This document shows positions 27,689-37,770 of a stretch of DNA of 64,000 nt, in pieces. The stretch lies in contig CBDDPN010000012.1 of NCBI GenBank assembly GCA_965232315.1, positions 1,922 through 65,921 on the forward strand, given 5' to 3'. A program made the translations under genes and the position numbers. Source of the DNA: Longimicrobiales bacterium. Lineage in GTDB: Bacteria > Gemmatimonadota > Gemmatimonadetes > Longimicrobiales > Gaopeijiaceae. The notes under the pieces were generated by a model. That model saw only the letters and a list, made by a program, of their open reading frames with translations. It was not told the DNA's origin and did no database searches. Each line of letters opens with the position of its first letter. Position 1 is the stretch's first letter.

Positions 27689-29025
27689 AGCTTCGGGTCC
27701 CCCATCCGCTGGTCCTGCTGACGGCGTGCGTCATTCTCGCCGCGGCCGCCAGCTACGTGCTCCCCGCGGGCGAATATGAGCGCCGGGACGACGAGGCGAC
27801 CGGGCGCAGCGTGGTGGTCGCGGGCACCTACCAGGAGGTTGAGCCCAATCCGGTGAGCCTCTTCGACGCCATGGTCGCGCTGCCGCGCGGGATGGCGGAC
27901 GCGGCCGAGATCATCTTCCTCGTTTTCCTGATCGGGGGCGCCTTCACGGTCGTGGACGCGACCGGCGCGCTCCGGCGGGGAGTGACGTCACTGACCAGGG
28001 CGCTGCGGGGGCGGGATCTGCTCATCATCCCGGTGGTGGCCGTTCCCTTCGCCATCGGGGGTGTCGTCCAGAACCTGCAGGAGGAGATCATCCCGCTGAT
28101 CCCCGTGCTGTTGATCCTCACCCGCAGGATCGGCTTCAACGCGATGGTGGCGGTGGCGATGAGCGCGGGCGCGGCGTTCGTGGGCTCCGCCTTCAGCCCC
28201 ATTAACCCCTTCCAGGTGGCGATCGCGCAACGGCTCGCCGAACTGCCGCTGGCGTCGGGCGCGGTGTTCCGGATCGTGTTCCTGCTGCTCGCGCTGACCT
28301 TCTGGATCGGGATGACGATGCGCTATGCACACCGCACGCGGGGACCTGCGGAGGCCGTGACGGAAGAAGGGGCCGAGGGCATGCGTCCGTCCGACTGGGG
28401 GATCCTGGGCCTGGTGGGAGCGGCGTTCGTCCTGGCTGTGGTCGGGATGACGCGGTGGGGTTGGGGGTTCAACGAGCTGTCCGCCGCCTTCTTCATCATG
28501 GGGGTGATCGTGGGCCTCCTGGCCGGGCTGCGCGTCGGCGGTACAACCGAGGCCTACCTGCGCGGCTTCCGCGAGATGACCTTCGCCGCCCTGCTGATCG
28601 GGTTCGCGCGCGCGATCTACGTCGTTCTCCAGGACGGCCGGGTGGTGGATACCATTGTGCACGGGCTGTTCACGCCCCTGGAGGGCCTGCCGGTGCTGGC
28701 GTCCGCCTTCGGGATGGTCGCGGCCCAGGCGGCGATCCATGTGCCCGTCCCCAGCGTGAGCGGGCAGGCGGTGCTGACCATGCCGGTACTGGTGCCCCTC
28801 TCCGACCTGCTCGGCATGTCGCGCCAGGTGACCGTGCTGGCTTACCAGTACGGCGCCGGGCTGTGCGAGCTGCTGACGCCCACCAACGGTGCCCTCATGG
28901 CGATTCTGGCGTCCGCCAAGGTCCGCTACGAGGACTGGATCCGCTACACGATCCCGCTCTACCTGGGGCTGGTTGCGATCGGCATGGTGGCGATCTGGGT
29001 GGCGCTGGGGATCGGGCTGGAGTGA
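27685..29025 (+). CDS. YfcC/DcuC-type (C4-dicarboxylate anaerobic carrier family) membrane transporter
   Basis: MKLRVPHPLVLLTACVILAAAASYVLPAGEYER and IIFLVFLIGGAF are typical of YfcC-family proteins. The protein is polytopic. The ATG overlaps the upstream stop (ATGA at 27685-27688). Confidence 0.75.
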   Translation: MKLRVPHPLVLLTACVILAAAASYVLPAGEYERRDDEATGRSVVVAGTYQEVEPNPVSLFDAMVALPRGMADAAEIIFLVFLIGGAFTVVDATGALRRGVTSLTRALRGRDLLIIPVVAVPFAIGGVVQNLQEEIIPLIPVLLILTRRIGFNAMVAVAMSAGAAFVGSAFSPINPFQVAIAQRLAELPLASGAVFRIVFLLLALTFWIGMTMRYAHRTRGPAEAVTEEGAEGMRPSDWGILGLVGAAFVLAVVGMTRWGWGFNELSAAFFIMGVIVGLLAGLRVGGTTEAYLRGFREMTFAALLIGFARAIYVVLQDGRVVDTIVHGLFTPLEGLPVLASAFGMVAAQAAIHVPVPSVSGQAVLTMPVLVPLSDLLGMSRQVTVLAYQYGAGLCELLTPTNGALMAILASAKVRYEDWIRYTIPLYLGLVAIGMVAIWVALGIGLE

Positions 29026-29149
29026 GGGAGGACGTTGGCGGCGGGCGAGCGGATGGCGGCCGAGCGCATCGTGATTCTCAAGCGAGGTCGGCCTGTGAGG
29101 CAGGAGCACGACGAAATCGTCGATCAGACCACTCCGACACCTACATCGG

Positions 29150-30156
29150 TGAAGACCGACCGGAGATCATCGTCCCGCGCACGGAACGCCTTGGAGACTA
29201 TGCGAGTGTCGTGGCGGGGTTGATCGACATGTTCGCCAAAGTGGTGCGGCAGGACGCGATGACGGTGTATCGGTCGCTGGTGACCGCGGACCGCGATGTC
29301 GTTCGCCTTCGGACCGGCGAAAGCCAAGACGGCAGCGTAACGCTAAACGACGGCGTGGATCTCATCGGTGGTGCCCGCGACATGCTACTGGCGGCGGCGT
29401 GCTCCCTCGGCGAATCAAAAGCAGTCTATCGCGCTGGCGCAAAATCGAAGTGCGACAGACCTCGTGGCAGGGGTCCGCTTGGGGCAGACAGCTCAAGGCA
29501 GTTTCGTGGTGAGTCTGTTGACCCCAGTCGTGCCCCCGCCGATGCCTGTATTGTTTCCGGATGACGCTGACCACGACGCGCCTATCGAACGTCGTCTGAC
29601 GCTCCGTTTGATGGAGGCCTTGGCTGCTGTGCGTCAGGCGGCGGAGCGGACAGCTGCGGGAGATGAGGATGCGTTCGGGGAGGCAGTGGAGAGCGGGGTG
29701 AGCGCCAATTTGTGTGAGGCCCTGGACCAAGTCACCAGATCATTCCCCACGTTGGACGTGAGCGTGTCATGGGCGAGGACTGGACCGGTGACGGTTCGAC
29801 GGCGAGCCGTTCGGTTTGGCCGCACGGATGCACCTCTTCTGCGCGAAGCAGCGCGTTCGCTCCGGGAGCGGGCGCCGCGGCCCGATGTCCGGCTATATGG
29901 GTACGTCCGGCTACTAGCGCGGAGTGAGGACGAAGAGGATGGAACGATCCGTCTGGGCGCGTTCGTTGACCAGAACCAGAAGCCGCGATCAGTTACAGCA
30001 TTATTGGAGCGGCAGGACTACGAGCGCGCGGTTCAGGCCCATAGGGATCGAGCCTTGGTCGTTTTCTCTGGCGATCTCGAACGCCTAGGGCAGCGATGGC
30101 GGTTGCTGAACCCACGTCTTGAGCAAGTTTTGCGGGATGACGAGTGCGATCTCTAA
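29150..30156 (+). pseudogene. 5'-truncated, frame-broken gene of unknown function in a lower-GC patch
   Basis: Protein-like translation ...RPEIIVPRTERLGDYASVVAGLIDMFAKVVRQDAMTVYRSLV...GESKAVYRAGA (frame of ORF 28455..29564) continues as ...ATDLVAGVRLGQTAQGSFVVSLLTPV... in ORF 29368..30156. The switch is near the A4 run at 29441-29444. There is no plausible start codon or N-terminus. Confidence 0.4.
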
Positions 30157-30336
30157 CGAGAGGTGCCTCCAGCGGTCGCCGTCCGGGAGCCGGAGTCATG
30201 GAATCCAACGTCGAAGCCGCCGCGCTGTTACGTGCGCCGGCCCCTCGAACAGTGTCAAGAGCGGTCGTCTTGATTCCCGCCGCTCACGACTGCATTTCCG
30301 GCCTTTTCGGTCCGGTGTCCGGCGGGTGTGGACCTC

Positions 30337-31389
30337 CTACCACTCCTCTCTGCCTTGGGTAGATCCGGTGTCGATCTCGCCGTGGAGTGTTGCCGGCGAC
30401 ATGAGATCGGCGGTGTGCTCGCGCGGGGCATGTCGGGTCACCCACCCTCGCATCGCCGCCGCGCCTGACGGGGCGAGCGCCTCCACGATGCGATCCTGCG
30501 GAGGCCCGGATCCGTCGGCGCCGGCGGAGGCCGCCTGGCCCGCAAGCGTGATCGGCTGGTCCACGAAGAGCGGCGCCAGCGCCCGGTAGCGGAATTGCTT
30601 CACGGGAGCCGGGCTGTGACGCTGTGCGGCGTCCAGCAGGAGAAGTGCGGTAAGCGGCCCATGCACCAGGAGCCCGGGATAGCCTTCCTGCTGCGTGACG
30701 TAGGGATGGTCGTAGTGGATGCGGTGGCCGTTGTAGGTGAGCGCGGAAAACTGGAAGAGGGTGACCGTGGTGGGGAGGAAGGTTTCGTTCCACTCGGGCG
30801 CGGGATCGGGACGCCCACCGCTGCCGCTCGCCACGTCGTCCGCGTCCACGGCAGCTGCGGTACCGCAGCTGCTGCCGGGTGCGGTTGCCTTCTGCCGGGC
30901 GGCCCGAGGCCGGGCGGTCGCGCCGGACGGGCGAGGCGCGGGCTCCCGGTAGACGATGACCTGCTCCTCCTCCACGCACCGGCGATCCCCCTGCAGGACC
31001 GTGTGGCCCACGCTCACGAATGCGAGCCGGCCGCTCCTCCCGCGCTTCTCGGTGATGCTCACGATCTTCGATCTCAGTTCGGCCGGCTCGCCGAGCGAAA
31101 CGCGGTGGAGCGACCGGAGCGTCCCACCCGCCCACATGCGCCGGGGCAGGTCGACATCGGGCATGAAGTCCCCCCGCGCCTCGTGTCCGTCGCGCGCCAG
31201 ATGGGAAGCGCGGCGGGGCTGCCTGAAATAGAGCCAGTGCCATCCCAGCGGGAGTGGGTCGCCCTCCGAGATGGCGAGCGGATCCCGGTCGAGCAGACCC
31301 AGCATGGCCTGGGCAGGCCCGGGCGCGAGAATGTCGGTGTGCACCCGGGTGCGCCTCTCGGCTCCGGTCGGGGCCGCCGATTCCCTCAC
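30337..31389 (-). CDS. MaoC/hotdog-fold (FAS1-like) enoyl-CoA hydratase
   Basis: PLPLGWHWLYF ... LPRRMWAGG ... SGRLAFVSVGH ... TYNGHRIHYDHPYV...GYPGLLVHGPL is the double-hotdog hydratase pattern. The GTG start overlaps the citE-like stop. Confidence 0.65.
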   Translation of the reverse strand: MRESAAPTGAERRTRVHTDILAPGPAQAMLGLLDRDPLAISEGDPLPLGWHWLYFRQPRRASHLARDGHEARGDFMPDVDLPRRMWAGGTLRSLHRVSLGEPAELRSKIVSITEKRGRSGRLAFVSVGHTVLQGDRRCVEEEQVIVYREPAPRPSGATARPRAARQKATAPGSSCGTAAAVDADDVASGSGGRPDPAPEWNETFLPTTVTLFQFSALTYNGHRIHYDHPYVTQQEGYPGLLVHGPLTALLLLDAAQRHSPAPVKQFRYRALAPLFVDQPITLAGQAASAGADGSGPPQDRIVEALAPSGAAAMRGWVTRHAPREHTADLMSPATLHGEIDTGSTQGREEW

Positions 31390-32306
31390 TTGCCTGCTCC
31401 TCGGTCGGCGGCCGCGCGCGCCCGGGCCAGTACGCGCCGGGCCACCTCGGCGACCGGCCGGTCCACCATGCGGCCTTCGAGCGCGACCGCGCCGCCGCCA
31501 GCCTCCCTGTCCGCGTCCAGAATGCGGTGCGCGCGCTCGACCTCGAGCTCCGATGGGGTAAACACCTCGTGGATGACCGGAAGCTGCGCCGGATGGATGG
31601 CCATCTTTCCGGCAAAACCCAGAAAACGAGCCCTGCCGGCCTCCTCGCGCAGCTCGCTCAGCTCCCGGAAACCGAGGGACGGCATGTCGATGGCGTCGAG
31701 TCCGCTCAGGGCGGCGGCGTGGACGACGCGCGAACGCGCGTACAGAAGCGGCTCCCAGCTGGGGTCGGCGCGCAGCTCGATGGCCAGGTCGAAGCCTCCG
31801 AAGACCAGCCCGGCGACGGCCGGTGACGCCTGCCCGATGTCGACCGCGTTCTCGAGTCCGAGCGCCGTCTCGATGAGGGCGAACAGCGGCGCACCATCGC
31901 CGAGAAGCCGGGCAGCGCGGCGCAGCCCGGCGGCGGTCCTGACTTTAGGGAGCATGAACGCGTCGGGTTGGCGGGTTCCGCCGAGCGCTTCTGCGTCCGC
32001 CCGACCCAGGTCCGTGTCGGGGTCGTTGATGCGAATGATGAGGTGCGGCGGGCCGGCGTCTTTCCGCTGCGCTCCCGCGGATCTCTCCGCAAGGAAGCGT
32101 GTTGCCGCTTCGCGCGCCAGAGTCTTCCGCTGCGGCGGCACCGCGTCCTCCAGGTCGATACACACGGCGTCCGCCCCGGCCGCCAGCGCCTTGCCGAAGC
32201 GGTCCGGACGGTATCCCGGAACGAACAGGATCGAACGGCAGCCAAGCCGCGCGTGGGCATGCCCGGCCGCCCCCGCCCCGTCCGTTGCACGTGTCCCGTC
32301 GTTCAT
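31386..32306 (-). CDS. HpcH/HpaI aldolase / citrate-lyase beta-subunit-like (CitE-type acyl-CoA lyase)
   Basis: 306 aa with SILFVPGYRPDRFGKALAAGADAVCIDLEDAV... and MAIHPAQL, typical of CitE/citramalyl- or malyl-CoA lyases. Confidence 0.8.
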   Translation of the reverse strand: MNDGTRATDGAGAAGHAHARLGCRSILFVPGYRPDRFGKALAAGADAVCIDLEDAVPPQRKTLAREAATRFLAERSAGAQRKDAGPPHLIIRINDPDTDLGRADAEALGGTRQPDAFMLPKVRTAAGLRRAARLLGDGAPLFALIETALGLENAVDIGQASPAVAGLVFGGFDLAIELRADPSWEPLLYARSRVVHAAALSGLDAIDMPSLGFRELSELREEAGRARFLGFAGKMAIHPAQLPVIHEVFTPSELEVERAHRILDADREAGGGAVALEGRMVDRPVAEVARRVLARARAAADRGAGK

Positions 32307-32318
32307 CGTCCGCAGTTC

Positions 32319-33468
32319 CTAGAACGATCTCGGCATCCCCAGCACATGTGTCGCCACATGGCTGAGCACGAGGTTGTTCGCGACCGGGGCGATCAGATAC
32401 AGGCGGGCCTCGCGGAACTTGCGCTCGATCCCGTATTCCGCCGCCATCCCCCATCCGCCGAAGGTGTCCATGGCCGCGTTGGCCGCCTTCCACGCCGCGC
32501 GCGAGGCGAGGTACTTGGCCATGTTGGGGCCGTCCCCCCGGGTCTCGCCCGCGTCGAAGTCCCGCGCCGCCTGGTCCCGGACCGCGGCCGCCGCGCGCAC
32601 GTCCATGTAAGCGTCGGCGATCGGGAACTGCACACCCTGGTTCGCGCCGATGGGGCGGTCGAAGACGCGCCGGGAGCGGGCGTACTCCGATGCCCGGTCC
32701 ACGAAGTAGAGCCCATCCCCCACCGACTCCGAAGCCAGCAGAATCCGCTCGGCGTTCATCCCCGACATGATGTACCGGAAGCCCCGGCCCTCCTCTCCGA
32801 TTCGATTCCCGGCCGGTACCTCGACGCCATCGAAAAAGACCTCGCAGCTCTCATGGTTGATCATGGTGTCGATGGGTTTTACCCGGACGGCATCGCCGGC
32901 ATCGCGCAGATCCACGATGAACACCGAGAGCCCGCCGGTGCGCTTCTCCACTTCGTCCAGCGGCGTGGTGCGCGCCAGCAGGATCATGAGATCGGACTGG
33001 CGCACGCGCGAGATGAAGACCTTCTGCCCCCTCACGACATACCGGCGCCCCCCGCCTCTCGGCGAACGTACGGATGCGAGTGGTGTCGGAGCCGGTGTCC
33101 GGCTCGGTCACGGCGAAGGCCTGCAGCCGGAGTTCGCCGCGCGCGATGCCGGGGAGGTAGCGCCGCTTCTGCTCTTCCGAGCCATGCCGGAGCACGGTTC
33201 CCATCGTGTACATCTGCGCGTGACAGGCGGCGGAGTTCGCGCCGGAGCGATTGATCTCCTCCAGAATAACGCTCGCCTCCCGGATGCCCAGCCCCATGCC
33301 CCCGTACTCCTCGGGGATCAGGCACGCCAGGTAGCCCGCTTCCGTCAGCGCGTCGACGAACTCGTGTGGGTAGGTGCGTGCTTCGTCGGAGGCCCGCCAA
33401 TAGTCGTTGTCAAAACGGGCGCAGAGCGACCGCACCCCGGCCCTCAGCTCGTCATGCAGAGACGCCAT
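32319..33468 (-). pseudogene. acyl-CoA dehydrogenase, frame broken in the C6 run 33048-33053 (pseudogene or sequencing indel)
   Basis: The N-terminal half (ORF 32851..33468: ...AFAVTEPDTGSDTTRIRTFAERRG) and the C-terminal half (ORF 32319..33035: RGQKVFISR...GGWGMAAEYGIERKFREARLY) are contiguous ACAD sequence. Removing one G from the minus-strand G6 run restores ...AERRGRRYVVRGQKVF... Confidence 0.8.
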
Positions 33469-34866
33469 TCACCGTCCCATCGAGTGCATGTCGCGCCCGC
33501 CCACAACATGCTTGATCACGCGTCCGCCGAGCATCACGAACCGTACATCTCTCGTCACCTCGATGTCGTCGAGTGGGTTGCCGGGCACCGCGATGATATC
33601 CGCGAGCATCCCTTCGGCCAGACGGCCCCGGTCCGGGGTGTCCAGGAGATCCGCGGCGTGGATGGTCGCGGTTCGGAGCGCCTCCAGCTCGCTCATGCCC
33701 ATCCCGACGTAGACTCCGAACTCGCCCGCGTTCTCCCCGTGGGGAAGAACCGCCGCGTCCGTCCCGAAGGCGATGGGGACGCCGCGCTCGATGGCGCTCC
33801 CGAGGCTTTGGCGCGCGAGCGGCATGATCTCCTCGGCCTTGGCGCGCACCAGCGGCGGCAGCTGGTCGAGGTCGATCCGGTCGACCAGGTAGCTGGTCGG
33901 CACCAGATACGTCCCCTTTTCGATCATGAGATCCATGATCTCGTCGGTGAGGATCGACCCGTGCTCGATCGACGCCACACCGGCCTGGACGGCGGCCAGG
34001 ATGCCCTCCGGGCCGTGCGCGTGCGCGGCGACCTTCATGCCGTGGCGGGCGGCTTCCTCCACCATGGCGGTGAGCTCCTCCAGCGTGTACTGCTGGGCGC
34101 CCACCGGGCCTTCCATCGACAGCACGCCCGCGGTCGCGCAGGTCTTGATCACCTTGGCGCCGTGCTTGATCTGGTAGCGCACCGCCTCCACCACCTCCCA
34201 GGGCCCGTCCGCGATGCCCTCCTCCGGGCCGCCCTCGCGGATGCCGGGTGCGTATCCCGTCACGTCGCAGTGGCCGCCGGTGATCCCCAGGGAGTTGCGC
34301 GAGGGAATGACGCGGGGCGCGATGATGTCGCCGCGCTCCACCGCCTTGCCGAGCTCGACGGTCACGTCGCCGCCGAAGTCGCGCACCGTGGTGAAGCCCG
34401 CGCGCAGGGTGATGCCCCCGTACCTCACCGCGTTGAAGGCCTCGTAGGCCTCCGTTCGGGTCACGGCATCCGTAAAGGAGGTCGCGCTGATCTCCCCGCC
34501 CAGGTGGGTATGGGTGTCGATGAGTCCGGGCAGCAGGGTGACATCACCCAGGTCCATGTCGTGCATGACCTCCGGAACGGTTGCCGGGTTCACCGCCGTG
34601 ATCATCCCGTTCTCGACGACGACCACCGCGTCCCGCTGCATCTCGCCCGTCTCGACATCGAGCAGGCGTGCGGCGCGCAGAACCGTGGGGCCCGGGTACA
34701 TGCCCATGGGCTCCTGGGCACGGATGGGCGCGGGCGTGAGGATGCAGGGAAGTGCCAAAAACGTGCAGGCGAGCAACGCGACTGTAACGACCCGGGTCAA
34801 ACGGCTGCGAACCGGGCTGTCAGTGTTCGCCGAAATCAAGCACAAGCTACCGATGCGGCATTTCAT
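33469..34866 (-). CDS. secreted amidohydrolase-family protein
   Basis: Start MKCRIG..., then a signal-like VVTVALLACTFLALPCIL, then PGLIDTHTHLG, AAHAHG and FGTDAAV motifs. The stop abuts the ACAD start. Confidence 0.8.
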   Translation of the reverse strand: MKCRIGSLCLISANTDSPVRSRLTRVVTVALLACTFLALPCILTPAPIRAQEPMGMYPGPTVLRAARLLDVETGEMQRDAVVVVENGMITAVNPATVPEVMHDMDLGDVTLLPGLIDTHTHLGGEISATSFTDAVTRTEAYEAFNAVRYGGITLRAGFTTVRDFGGDVTVELGKAVERGDIIAPRVIPSRNSLGITGGHCDVTGYAPGIREGGPEEGIADGPWEVVEAVRYQIKHGAKVIKTCATAGVLSMEGPVGAQQYTLEELTAMVEEAARHGMKVAAHAHGPEGILAAVQAGVASIEHGSILTDEIMDLMIEKGTYLVPTSYLVDRIDLDQLPPLVRAKAEEIMPLARQSLGSAIERGVPIAFGTDAAVLPHGENAGEFGVYVGMGMSELEALRTATIHAADLLDTPDRGRLAEGMLADIIAVPGNPLDDIEVTRDVRFVMLGGRVIKHVVGGRDMHSMGR

Positions 34867-35016
34867 GGAGGCACCCTGACTCAGAATACGGTTGATGCGG
34901 GTTGGTGCGGAAAACCGGAATTGATCCGATCCCGGTACTGGACGCAAGCGACCCCGGCGTACGGAAGAGTCGCGGTCTGCTCCTTCAGGGTGGAGCGCCG
35001 CGACCCTCCGGACCGG

Positions 35017-36359
35017 TTACGGTCCGAGGGCTCCGATTGGAATCACGGCCACCCCCGTCACTGCGCGTGTACCCGTAGCCGCTGTGGACGATGACGCCCA
35101 GCGCGGAAGGCTTGCCACAGCGATCCGTGTCCACCCGGTTCGCGAATTTGAGGAGGGCCCGGGCGGCTGCTTCGACGCGGGTGGTCCCCAGCTTGACCTC
35201 GAACGCCGACCAGCGGCCCATGCCCGCGTCGACGATCGCATCCACCTCCAGGCCGGTGTTGTCCCGATAGTGGTAGACCCGCGCATCGCTCGCCTGCGCA
35301 TAGACGCGCAAGTCCCGCACGACCCATCGACTCGAACAGGAATCCGAACCAGCTGATGTCCTTCATCAGATGCTCCGCGTCCGCGCGTAGCGCAGCTACC
35401 GCCAGCGACGGATCTACGAAATGGCGCTTCGGCGAGGATCTGAGCCGTGAGCGGGAACGCAGGTGGGGGGCCCAGGGCGGCTGATCCTCCACCAGCATGA
35501 GGCGCTCGAGGGCCGTCAGATAGCTTCGGACCGTGCGGTGGGCAGGCCGGGGATCGGGTCCGGCGACATCAGACGCGATCGTCGCGAGAGATGCGCAGGT
35601 GGCAGCGTTGCGAGCCAGGGACTGCAGCACCCGGTCTACGTTCTCAGGATCGTGCCGTACGCCGTTTACGCGCGCAACATCGACACGGCACACTTCCGCC
35701 AGATAGTCCCGGTTGGCGAGCCGGGCTTCATCGGCCGAGGAGAGGAGGTGTCCCGGCCAGCCACCGACACAGAGGATCTCCGCCATTTGACGGGCAGAGA
35801 AATGAGCCGCCGGACTTCTGACGCGCCCACCCCTGAGAACAGCACCGAGCGATATCGCGCCTGTGGCGTACCCCAGTTCGGACAAGGACATGGGCCTCAG
35901 GCGCAGCCGGCTGAAGCGACCCGCGCCGGTATGGCGCGTTATGGCATCGGGCGGCACCGCGGAACCGGTGAGGATGAATTGTGCCTTGGCCTGGCGATCG
36001 TCGACTGCCCGGCGTACATGGTTCCAGAGGTGGGGCTCCAACTGCCATTCGTCGATCAAGCGGGGCGTTCGACCTGCCAGGAGCTCGGCAGGCTCGAGCC
36101 TTGCGAGGCGGCGAGCTTCGTCGTCTACATCGAGAAGGACTTCGCTGCGAGCAATCTGGCGAGCAGTCCATGTCTTGCCACAAGCTCTGGGGCCCTCGAC
36201 GACTACTGCCCCCGCCGATGCCAGGCGGCTACTCAGTTCTCGATCCACGATCCGCGCTCGGTAGCTTCCAGGGCCAGCCTCCCCCTTGGCACGGGACGCC
36301 AGGACTTCCCCGCTGTCGGCGGGTTCGGAGTACCCGGAATCTTCGAAATCACGTCGCAT
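35017..36359 (-). pseudogene. AAA ATPase with DUF4143-type C-terminus, two frame breaks (CCC 35322-35324 and C5 35052-35056)
   Basis: Walker A is VVVEGPRACGKTW. The body runs in ORF 35058..36359 up to ...FGFLFESM, continues as VVRDLRVYAQASDARVYHYRDNTGLEVDAIV in ORF 34985..35320, and ends ...AVIPIGALGP* in ORF 35017..35301. Confidence 0.75.
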
Positions 36360-36608
36360 GGCATCGGCGCGAGCAAGGCGTGATGGAGATGAACCTCTTG
36401 TATGCTAGACCGCCGAGACCGGATTCGCAACGGTTGTGTGATCGAGTTTGCAACATAGATATGATCTATTTTGCAATGCCAATGGGTCGCAATGTGCAAC
36501 CATGACGTTACGGCGGAATCGGTTAGGATTCTATCTGTCGCGTTCACTTGATCTTATGGGATTGATGGGCTCGTTTCCCGCTACTTCATTCCCGCCGAAT
36601 CAAGAGCC

Positions 36609-37770
36609 TCAGCCGCGAGGTCTCCGGCGGGCTTCCAGTGCCTTCCGAAGCTGTCCGTCGTCCGCTCTCTGATAGCACTGAAGCACCGTCTTGGCGGTCT
36701 TCCAGCCGCCCAACTCGCAGAGCACCTTGAGCGGCTGATCCATCAGGTCACTGGCGAACTTCCGCCTCAACGAGTGCCAGCCTCTCCCGCGCTTCGGTTC
36801 GAGCCCCGCGAGCGTCTGGGCTTTGTACCACCAAGCTCGCACCAATGACCGTCCCGCGCACCTCGACGGATCCGTCGGCGCGGGCAGCACCGGAGCGTCC
36901 TCATGCCCCGAACTCCTCTCCCGCGCCTCGTGCAGGACGGCCAACGCCTCGACCGTTACCGGCGTCCGGTGCTCGTAGCCGGTCTTCTCGTGTTCCGCGC
37001 GCCACCGCACCACCCCACCTTCGAGGTCGGTGTCCGAGCACCTGAGTTGACGGATGGCCCCGATTCGGTGCCCCGTCTCGTGCGCGAGCACGAGCGCGAT
37101 GTGAAACCGCCAATCCACCTGCCGGGAGACCCCGAGAAGCTCCTGGTACTCCTCCTCGGACAACACCACCCGCGTGGGGTTCTTCTCCGTGGGCGTCTTG
37201 AGACCCCGCAACGGATTCGCCACGAGCAGGAGCCTGCCCCGCCCGTCTCTGGACTTGGCGGCCCAGTTGAGCACGGCGATCAGGAACTTCAGGTCGTGCT
37301 CGATGGTCCGGTCGGACACCGGCCTTCCGCTCGGGCCGACCCTGCCCGCCCGGCGCTCCCGGATGAAGCGGTCCCAGTCCCCTTTGGGACAGGGTGGCCG
37401 GGTCGCGGTTCCGTCCGAAGAACCGGAGGAACATCCTCGTCGCCGCCCGGTCGGACTGTTGAGATGTCTCCGCCTTCGCGGGCGTTACCTCCTCACCGTA
37501 GATGTCAAGAAGCCTTCCCAGCGTGAGCGGCTCGGCCTCCTTGTGGCCGTTCGGCTCCGGCTTTGCGAACCCGGCGGGCGAACTCGTCGGCTTGCCGCTT
37601 CGCGCGCCTCCAATCGAGCGGTGTTTGAGCGTCCTGGTTGAGCCTGCGCCCGTTCTCGCGCCACTCCATCTGGTACAAGCCGGTTTTCCGGTCGGGGAAC
37701 ACCCTGACCCGGTTCCGGCCCCCATTCGCCAGCGCCGTAGGAGCGCCCGGCTTCGTTTCGTGCGTGCCAT
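36609..37770 (-). pseudogene. tyrosine recombinase (phage-type integrase), at least four frame breaks in its N-terminal half
   Basis: The catalytic half is intact (ORF 36609..37319: HETGHRIGAIRQLR, HSLRRKFASDL, LGGW...VLQCY). The N-terminal half aligns to the intact paralog at 51413..52624 only by hopping frames at G/C runs 37746-37748, 37719-37723, 37576-37578 and 37379-37382. Confidence 0.8.
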
